A DNA stretch of 32,000 nucleotides from Nitrosopumilaceae archaeon (lineage in GTDB: Archaea; Thermoproteota; Nitrososphaeria; Nitrososphaerales; Nitrosopumilaceae): assembly GCA_035935115.1 (NCBI GenBank), contig DASYXK010000020.1, positions 89,373 through 121,372 on the forward strand, read 5' to 3'. Below, piece after piece: positions 26,070 through 32,000 of this stretch (within the stretch, counting starts at the first letter, position 1; each line of letters opens with the position of its first letter). Below the pieces are notes generated by a model, which was not told where the DNA came from, searched no databases, and saw nothing but the letters and a program-made list of their open reading frames with translations. Position numbers and translations under genes: made by a program.

Positions 26070-26243
26070 TTAAAATCCAGTTCTATCAGGGTTGAAATTT
26101 TCTACCATACCGCCAACCCTTTCTTTCATTAATTTCAAATAATCATCGTAATTTGCTTCGAATCCACAATGAGGACATTTTACATTTGTTATCTCATCAT
26201 CAAGTACAGCTACTTTGTCGCATTGTGGACATTTTGCATCCAT
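26070..26243 (-). CDS. Small zinc-ribbon protein (57 aa), function unknown
   Basis: Below the track cutoff. My translation is MDAKCPQCDKVAVLDDEITNVKCPHCGFEANYDDYLKLMKERVGGMVENFNPDRTGF, with a CPQC...CPHC ribbon. A TATA element lies about 25 nt upstream of the ATG. Confidence 0.5.
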   Translation of the reverse strand: MDAKCPQCDKVAVLDDEITNVKCPHCGFEANYDDYLKLMKERVGGMVENFNPDRTGF

Positions 26244-26263
26244 GTATATTTTTTGTAATTAAA

Positions 26264-26272
26264 CTATATAAT
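26264..26272. promoter_or_regulatory. Palindromic TATA element (CTATATAAT), possibly shared by the divergent zinc-ribbon gene and tRNA-Gly
   Basis: Centred about 25 nt from ATG 26243 (minus strand) and about 27 nt from the tRNA-Gly 5' end at 26295 (plus strand). It is the only strong TATA-like element in the 51-nt gap. Confidence 0.35.
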
Positions 26273-26294
26273 GTTAGATCTTAAATCTGGATTG

Positions 26295-26368
26295 GCGGAG
26301 TTAGTCCAGCTCGGCACGACGTCAGCTTCCCAAGCTGAAGGTCGCGGGTTCAAATCCCGCACTCCGCA
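26295..26368 (+). tRNA. tRNA-Gly (anticodon CCC)
   Basis: Hand-folded, 74 nt. Acceptor GCGGAGT pairs with ACTCCGC. Anticodon arm TCAGC-TTCCCAA-GCTGA. T arm GCGGG-TTCAAAT-CCCGC. Discriminator A. No intron. Confidence 0.85.
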
Positions 26369-26454
26369 TTTAATTTTAACCAAAAATGATATGCGATAGA
26401 TTAATGATAATAATTCTCATTTGTATATCTTTAACGTGTTAGAGATATTGTGTT

Positions 26455-26796
26455 CTATTTTGTTGTAAGTAATAGAATGGCTCTTGCGAGATCTCCTTTA
26501 GCCTCTATGAGTGCATTATTTGCAGCTTCTTGAGAAACGTTAGCTTGTTGAGCTACAAGCATGATATCTTCTTGGCTAAATACTGGTACTTCAAGTTCTC
26601 TTTCCTCATAACTTTCTGCTATCACTTGAAATATAGAATTGTCTTTTGCCTTCATTTCTGATACAGATGGTTTTATTATTATGATTTCTTTTTTGTCAGT
26701 TTTGATGATTACTTCTTGTACATTGGAAATTTCCTTCATTTCCAGACCCATCTTGTCTAGCATTCTGCGCATCTCGCGATTTCCGCCACGCATCAT
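26455..26796 (-). CDS. nac: Nascent polypeptide-associated complex protein (archaeal NAC alpha)
   Basis: The N-terminal MRRMLDKMGLEMKE, the NAC domain, and a C-terminal UBA-like VSQEAANNALIEAKGDLARAILLL. 113 aa. Confidence 0.85.
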   Translation of the reverse strand: MMRGGNREMRRMLDKMGLEMKEISNVQEVIIKTDKKEIIIIKPSVSEMKAKDNSIFQVIAESYEERELEVPVFSQEDIMLVAQQANVSQEAANNALIEAKGDLARAILLLTTK

Positions 26797-26810
26797 ATGT
26801 AATCAATTGA

Positions 26811-27278
26811 CTAGTCTGGACTTTTTAAACTATCTCTGACTTTGATTGCTACCCCTCGTTTTAGAGATTTCATCATTCTTGAAGAAAGGATTGCTCTTCC
26901 TACCGCAATTACTATACCTTTGTAAAGAATAGGCACGTCGGCCCCGATCAAGATATTTTTGCCACACCATATAACATGTTTACAGAAAACTGAACTACCG
27001 TTTTCCACAAAAGGCTTGGAATCATCATCTATTTCAAGACAGTTTTCTCGAAATTTCTTACTTTTTAGTAGCAATTGTGCAAAGTAAGGTGTAATTGCAA
27101 GTCCTCCATCTATTCGCAAAGTACAAAGAAGATTTTCATTTTTGTAGACGTGTTGTATTCTTCCCGTTCTTTTTGAATAAGTAATTTTGATTTCTTTTGG
27201 TAGATATCTTGAAACCCCAATTCCAAATAGTGCATCCAAAGTATGTTTAATTTTAAGAATCGAATCCAATGTTAACAT
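26811..27278 (-). CDS. PUA-domain RNA-binding protein
   Basis: The C-terminal VPILYKGIVIAVGRAILSSRMMKSLKRGVAIKVRD is PUA-like, preceded by the uncharacterised-domain-2 type region. Start set to Met28 of the track ORF (ATG 27278). The longer form would overlap the divergent phoU-like start and leave no promoter space. Confidence 0.65.
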   Translation of the reverse strand: MLTLDSILKIKHTLDALFGIGVSRYLPKEIKITYSKRTGRIQHVYKNENLLCTLRIDGGLAITPYFAQLLLKSKKFRENCLEIDDDSKPFVENGSSVFCKHVIWCGKNILIGADVPILYKGIVIAVGRAILSSRMMKSLKRGVAIKVRDSLKSPD

Positions 27279-27352
27279 AGTCAAGTTATTGGGTGCTAAT
27301 TGTTTTTGCACGTCAAGTATTACTATATAGTAATTTTGAATAACTATATAGA

Positions 27353-28417
27353 ATGGCAAACACTACGCGAGGTATGGGAACTAATGAAGAAATGCGCAAG
27401 ATACAGTTTACAGGAAAGTCATCATACATTGTTTCATTGCCCAAGCAATGGGTAATGGACATGGGTCTAAAACAAGGTGATCAAGTTACAGTTTTAAGAC
27501 AAGGTACAACGACATTACAAATTACTCCACTAAAACATCATACAAAATCAATTAACACAGAGGAAGCAGCGTTTGAAATAAAACCTGAAGATAAAAGCTC
27601 TGCAATTGTTAGAAAACTTATTTCACTTTACTTACTTGGTTTTAGTATCATAAATGTAAAACCCAAGTCAGGAAGATTAAAACCAGATCAACGAAATGCA
27701 GTAAAAGATGCAGTAAAAGGAATTCTAATGGGAACTGAAATCATTGCAGATTCTATAGAAGGCATTACTATTCAGGTATTGATAAATTTATTTGAACTTT
27801 CAGTAGATGGAGCGTTAAAACGTATGCTCATCATTGCAAAATCCATGCAAAATGATGCGTTGTTGGCACATGAAGAAGCAAATTTTGATTTGGCAAAAGA
27901 AGTGATAAACAGTGATGATGAAGTAGATAGGTTTAGTTTTTACATCATACGACAACTCAAGATTGCAATTCAAAATGAACATATGCTAAAAGACATGGGT
28001 ATCGAAAATGCAAGAAGTTGTTTAGGATATAGACTTATTGTTAAGAACATAGAACGTGTTGGGGATCATGCTACAGACATAGTCAAAGATCTTCTGGAAT
28101 TTAAAAAACCAATCAAAAAATCTGTACTGGATACTATTCATGAAATGAATAATTTTGCGTTATCTGTGCTTGATGATGCCTGCTTATCACTATTCAAAAG
28201 AGATTTTACTCAAGCAGAACTCACTGTAGAAAGGACTGCCGATATTACAAAATATGAAAAAAAAATGCTTGAGAGCACCAAATCACTAAGAGATGATGAG
28301 GAAATCTACAGGGTGAGAAGAATGGGGGAAAATATCAGAAGAATTTCAGAATATGCAAGTGATATTGCAGAAATTGTCATGAATATGACTATAGAGAAAA
28401 CACTGCGAAAGCAATAA
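27353..28417 (+). CDS. PhoU-family regulator with N-terminal AbrB/SpoVT-like DNA-binding domain
   Basis: N-terminal [25 protein letters not shown] (SpoVT/AbrB swapped-hairpin pattern), followed by two PhoU-like helical repeats (DDEVDRF...; [10 protein letters not shown]; [12 protein letters not shown]). Confidence 0.8.
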   Translation: MANTTRGMGTNEEMRKIQFTGKSSYIVSLPKQWVMDMGLKQGDQVTVLRQGTTTLQITPLKHHTKSINTEEAAFEIKPEDKSSAIVRKLISLYLLGFSIINVKPKSGRLKPDQRNAVKDAVKGILMGTEIIADSIEGITIQVLINLFELSVDGALKRMLIIAKSMQNDALLAHEEANFDLAKEVINSDDEVDRFSFYIIRQLKIAIQNEHMLKDMGIENARSCLGYRLIVKNIERVGDHATDIVKDLLEFKKPIKKSVLDTIHEMNNFALSVLDDACLSLFKRDFTQAELTVERTADITKYEKKMLESTKSLRDDEEIYRVRRMGENIRRISEYASDIAEIVMNMTIEKTLRKQ

Positions 28418-28437
28418 GATACGAATCCACGCCTTTT

Positions 28438-29571
28438 ATGGTAATGAAAAAATCTGCAATTCTCATTACATATGACAGGGCGGATGATGTAAAGGAAGCA
28501 CTTGCACTCTGCGATACAGCTGGATATCAGCTTATTAAAATAATCAAACACAAATATCTTAACAAATCAAAATATGGTCTTGGAGAAGGTAAGGTTGAAG
28601 AATTAAAAGAATTTGTCAGTTTAAAAAAACCTGATGTCATCATATTTGATGAAATCCTCAAACCCAGTCAGAATTATAATCTAGCATCAAAGTTAAAGAC
28701 AAATATTTTGGACAGAGAAGCTTTGATCCTTGAAATATTTGGGCGTAATGCAACAAGTGCAGAATCAAAATTGCAGATAAAGATGGCAGAATTAAGATAT
28801 GAAATGTCACGGGCAAAAGAAAAAGTAAGATTGGCAAAGATGGGAGAACAACCAGGATTCATGGGAATTGGTAAATTCGAAGTAGATGTCTATACCAATG
28901 ACATAAAAAATAGGATGACTAACATTAAATCCAAGCTTGTAAAAGCTGGAAAACAACGCGCGTTACACAGACAGGGCAGAGATAGAATTGGATTCAAGAC
29001 AATTTCTTTAGCTGGTTACACATCAGCTGGAAAAACAACTCTCTTCAATACATTAACAGGTGAAACACGAGAAGAAAACCCAAAGCTGTTCACTACTCTT
29101 TCTACAACAACTCGAAAAATAAGGATCTCTGAATCAGATGTTTTAATTTCAGATACTGTTGGTTTCATTAGCAACCTTCCTGCGTATATGATAGAGGCTT
29201 TCAAATCAACACTTGAGGAGCTTACCTATACTAATGCAGTAATACTTGTAATTGACATAAGCGACCCAATTTTGGAATTACAAAAGAAATTTCGAAGTTG
29301 CATGCGAGTATTAGAAGAACTTGGTGTAGATTATAACAAGATAATTTTTGCATTAAATAAATCAGATTTGACGTCACAAGATGAAATTCTATCAAAAGTT
29401 GACATTCTTGGATTAAAAGAAAGCAAAAAATGGCTATACATCTCAGCAATAACTGGGAAAAATTTAGATCAGTTAAAGGAATTTTTATCAGTTGTTTTAA
29501 AAAATGAACCGTTGATAAAGAAAAAAAATGAAATCATAAAAAAAGAAATTGAGATAAATAATGAAGATTGA
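28438..29571 (+). CDS. hflX: GTPase HflX
   Basis: HflX N-terminal domain (REALILEIF...[11 protein letters not shown]), G1 motif [17 protein letters not shown]3 motif DTVGF, G4 motif NKSD. Confidence 0.85.
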   Translation: MVMKKSAILITYDRADDVKEALALCDTAGYQLIKIIKHKYLNKSKYGLGEGKVEELKEFVSLKKPDVIIFDEILKPSQNYNLASKLKTNILDREALILEIFGRNATSAESKLQIKMAELRYEMSRAKEKVRLAKMGEQPGFMGIGKFEVDVYTNDIKNRMTNIKSKLVKAGKQRALHRQGRDRIGFKTISLAGYTSAGKTTLFNTLTGETREENPKLFTTLSTTTRKIRISESDVLISDTVGFISNLPAYMIEAFKSTLEELTYTNAVILVIDISDPILELQKKFRSCMRVLEELGVDYNKIIFALNKSDLTSQDEILSKVDILGLKESKKWLYISAITGKNLDQLKEFLSVVLKNEPLIKKKNEIIKKEIEINNED

Positions 29572-30091
29572 AGTTCTAAGAATAGGTCAAAGACTTGTAC
29601 GCGATGATAGAGTAACAACACATGTCGCTCTTGTTTCAAGAGCTTTTGGAGCAACAAAAATCATAATGCAAGAGGTAAATCCCGATATCAAAGATACAAT
29701 ATCAGAAATCAATAGAGTATGGGGAGGCGATTTTGAGGTTGAAATAATAGATAATTGGAAAAAAATCCTAAAATCAAAAAAGAATCAATCTTTCAAAATT
29801 GTACACCTAACTATGTATGGAGAAATCATTAATTCTGTCATTGATGAGATTAGAAAAGAGGAGCAAATTCTTGTTGTCGTTGGAGCAGAAAAGGTCCCAA
29901 GGGAAGTGTATGATCTTGCAGACTATAATGTAGCAATAGGTAATCAGCCTCATTCTGAAATAAGCGCCTTAGCAGTTTTACTTGATAGAGTTTCAGATGG
30001 AAAACAATTCTTAAAAAAACATGTAAATGCACAACGGGAAATTATTCCTACAAAAAAGGGAAAAAACGTGTTAGATAAAACAATTGATTAA
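29561..30091 (+). CDS. trm56: tRNA (cytidine56-2'-O)-methyltransferase aTrm56 (SPOUT)
   Basis: [31 protein letters not shown] and [24 protein letters not shown] match my recollection of the aTrm56 family. 11-nt overlap with hflX. Confidence 0.8.
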   Translation: MKIEVLRIGQRLVRDDRVTTHVALVSRAFGATKIIMQEVNPDIKDTISEINRVWGGDFEVEIIDNWKKILKSKKNQSFKIVHLTMYGEIINSVIDEIRKEEQILVVVGAEKVPREVYDLADYNVAIGNQPHSEISALAVLLDRVSDGKQFLKKHVNAQREIIPTKKGKNVLDKTID

Positions 30092-30118
30092 ATATAGAAT
30101 CTAAATCAAGGACGACTA

Positions 30119-30628
30119 ATGACCAATGAGCACGAGGATCCTTTTATAAAAATAACTGCTTTAATTGGCGGTGACGAGTATCTAAAAGTAGCACGTTCTC
30201 TTTTGAATACGGAAGATGCTACAGATGAAGAAATTGCAAGTTCAACAGGCCTTAGAATTAACATAGTAAGAAAGGTGTTATACGATCTTTTTGGAAAAGC
30301 TCTGATAACTGGTATTAGAGTAAAGGATGAGAAAAAAGGCTGGTTTGTCTACAGGTGGAGAGCAAGAAAAGATGAAGTTGACAATTTTATTGAAAACCAG
30401 AAAAAGAAAATTGTTGAGAGATTACAACAAAGACTAGATTATGAAAACTCGGCTGAATTCTATCATTGCGGAACTGAAGATTGTCAAAAGTTGACATTTG
30501 AAAAGGCGTTAGATCTATCTTTTAAATGTCCAACATGTGGAAAGCTTGTAAACATAACTAAAAATGAAAAGCTCAAGAAATCCTTGCAATCTAAGATAGA
30601 TCAGCTACGAGAAGATCTTAAACATTAA
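30119..30628 (+). CDS. tfe: Transcription factor E (TFE alpha, TFIIE-alpha homolog)
   Basis: N-terminal winged helix (TDEEIASSTGLRINIVRKVLYDLF...WFVYRW) and a C-terminal zinc-ribbon region (HCGTEDC...CPTCG). 169 aa. Confidence 0.8.
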   Translation: MTNEHEDPFIKITALIGGDEYLKVARSLLNTEDATDEEIASSTGLRINIVRKVLYDLFGKALITGIRVKDEKKGWFVYRWRARKDEVDNFIENQKKKIVERLQQRLDYENSAEFYHCGTEDCQKLTFEKALDLSFKCPTCGKLVNITKNEKLKKSLQSKIDQLREDLKH

Positions 30629-31278
30629 ATATCATAGTGTAATACAAGTTCGTTTTTCATTCTATTGATTTTCTTTAGTGTTAACATAGGAGCATGTGAA
30701 ATTTTATCAAATCCTTTTCCTTGGAATAATGAAATTGCACTACTACCTCCTATAACATACGGAGTAATTGTAACAATGATCTCATCTACAAGTCCATCTT
30801 TTATGAAAGACCAATTAGTTAAGCCACCTCCTTCTACGAGTAGATTCTTTATGTTTTTCTTTCTTAAGATGTGTAATAGCTTTTTAAGATTAATTTTATT
30901 TTGTCCACATTTTATTACTTCAAGTCCTTCTTTTTCTAATCGAATAATATTTTTTTGAGTTGCTTTTTCCGATACTACTATTATTGTTGTAATTGTTTTA
31001 CAAGTCTTAATTATTTTTGAAGTTGATTTTATTGAAGCTGTAGAATCCAAAATTATACGTATTGGATTCTTTCCTTTCACATACTTGACTGTCAATATGG
31101 GGTCATCAATCATTACAGTGTGTTTTCCTACAAGTATCGCGTCTACATTTGCCCTAAGTTTATGAACTCGGATTAGATCTTCTTTTGAAGAGAGTTCAGA
31201 GTTACCGGTTCTTGTTGCTATTTTTCCATCCATACTCATTGCAGCACTGAGTGTTACATGTGGTCTAGATTTTACCAT
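30625..31278 (-). CDS. Riboflavin-pathway pyrimidine reductase (RibD C-terminal / archaeal 2,5-diamino-6-ribosylamino-4(3H)-pyrimidinone 5'-phosphate reductase type), with no deaminase domain
   Basis: RPHVTLSAAMSMDGKIA...DAILVGKHTVMIDDPILTV...LLVEGGGLTNWSF is the DHFR-like RibD_C pattern. At 217 aa there is no room for a CDA-type deaminase domain. Confidence 0.8.
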   Translation of the reverse strand: MVKSRPHVTLSAAMSMDGKIATRTGNSELSSKEDLIRVHKLRANVDAILVGKHTVMIDDPILTVKYVKGKNPIRIILDSTASIKSTSKIIKTCKTITTIIVVSEKATQKNIIRLEKEGLEVIKCGQNKINLKKLLHILRKKNIKNLLVEGGGLTNWSFIKDGLVDEIIVTITPYVIGGSSAISLFQGKGFDKISHAPMLTLKKINRMKNELVLHYDI

Positions 31279-32000
31279 CGACTATTTTGCCTCCAAACAT
31301 TACTGCTTTTATGGTTGTTTCAGATGCTCTATGCACAATAGATGCATGAGGGTTATGCATCGGTTCTAAATCAATAGCATGTTTATTGATAAAAATACAA
31401 TCAGCCAAGCCATTAGGTTGGATTGTGCCCATATTCTTTTGTCGAAGCATTTTTGCGACATTTACTGTAGCCATCTTGAGTATAGATTTTGGATTTAGTC
31501 TAGTTTTTTGTAGCCCCATAGAGACTTTCCAGAGATAATCCATTTCTCTAAACATGTCAGGCGAGTTTATCATTACATTATCTGTTCCTATTGTTAAATT
31601 GCAGCCAGTTTTCATCATTATATTAACATCTGGAATTCCTTCTGCAAGTGCAGCATTTGCACGTGGACAAACAACAATACTGGTTTCATTTTTTGATGCA
31701 AGTATTAGATCGTTTTTTGATGCATGTGTCATATGAACCAGAAAATTTGGTTTAAGCAACAAAGCACGTTGAGTTTCTGTTTTTGTAGTTGTCTTTTTAG
31801 AAATCGTGCAGCTTTCTAATGTTTCAGCTGAGTGAATGGCTCTAATTTTTTGCACTTGAGAATAAAATTTTAATACAGAATCACTAAACTCGTTGGGGCC
31901 ACTTACACCAATTCCATCACATTTCTTTAATAGATCACTAAGTTCCTTCTTTTTTGATTCAGGTAATGAAGTATTTTTTTTAATTGATTTTAAATCTTGG
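31265..32000 (-). CDS. Amidohydrolase-superfamily deaminase-like protein (ATZ/TRZ, COG0402-like); 5' end runs off the window end
   Basis: The frame stays open upstream of the track's GTG 31855 to position 32000 (...LSDLLKKCDGIGVSGPNEFSDSVLKFYSQVQKIRAIHSAETLES...). The HSAE (HxxE) motif, VVCPRANAALAEG, and IGTDNVMINSPDMFREM are typical of metal-dependent deaminases and chlorohydrolases. The stop overlaps the reductase start by 14 nt. Confidence 0.7.
   Translation of the reverse strand, partial: QDLKSIKKNTSLPESKKKELSDLLKKCDGIGVSGPNEFSDSVLKFYSQVQKIRAIHSAETLESCTISKKTTTKTETQRALLLKPNFLVHMTHASKNDLILASKNETSIVVCPRANAALAEGIPDVNIMMKTGCNLTIGTDNVMINSPDMFREMDYLWKVSMGLQKTRLNPKSILKMATVNVAKMLRQKNMGTIQPNGLADCIFINKHAIDLEPMHNPHASIVHRASETTIKAVMFGGKIVDGKI

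Noticed and set aside
27279-27359. 27-codon N-terminal extension of the PUA-domain ORF
   Set aside because: It would overlap the divergent phoU-like start codon and the two ACTATATAG TATA-like elements in the gap. The internal Met start gives a typical ~155-aa size.
31855-31857. GTG at 31855 as the start of the amidohydrolase
   Set aside because: The frame remains open to the window edge, and the catalytic HSAE motif sits immediately after this codon. The real N-terminal half of the TIM barrel must therefore lie upstream, outside the window.
1-32000. Searched the window for CRISPR repeats, integrase/transposase/IS ends, prophage or defence-system genes, and tRNA-adjacent integration scars
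   Set aside because: None were found. Neither tRNA is flanked by a recombinase or by a direct repeat of its 3' end. The only tandem repeat is the in-frame 15-mer in aglB, and gene content is housekeeping throughout.

Overview
This is an AT-rich, very gene-dense archaeal chromosomal segment with short gaps and several overlapping starts and stops. The gene content includes aIF2 alpha and gamma, Nop10, S6e, NAC, TFE, Trm56, an Sm protein, AglB, an Lhr helicase and a multi-OB RPA-like protein. It also carries a bacterial-type MetK and an early-cobalt-insertion cobalamin cluster (cbiD-cbiG-cbiX-cbiC, cbiA, cobO). Together this resembles a Nitrosopumilus-like ammonia-oxidising thaumarchaeon, but that taxon is an unverified inference. 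I call about 38 protein genes, 2 tRNAs, one coding tandem repeat and a few candidate TATA or terminator elements. Five of the protein genes are absent from the ORF track: three are shorter than 60 aa, one is edge-truncated and one is frameshifted. I see no mobile element, CRISPR array, or recognisable defence or secondary-metabolite island, so this is mostly core housekeeping DNA and I cannot point to a clear novel multi-gene system. Seven items deserve a second look. (1) AglB oligosaccharyltransferase is fused through a pentapeptide-repeat linker to a C-terminal cyclophilin. (2) tRNA-Gln carries a 17-nt insertion between the acceptor and D stems. (3) The conserved Fcf1-like PIN gene downstream of aIF2-gamma is broken at a T9 homopolymer. 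(4) An ATZ/TRZ-type amidohydrolase is translationally coupled to a deaminase-less riboflavin reductase, making it a candidate for the missing pyrimidine deaminase. (5) A two-domain CbiX keeps its catalytic histidines only in the C-terminal half. (6) A GGR-family flavoprotein sits between cbiA and cobO. (7) Two unlisted zinc-ribbon mini-ORFs lie next to tRNA-Gly, one of them sharing a palindromic TATA element with it.
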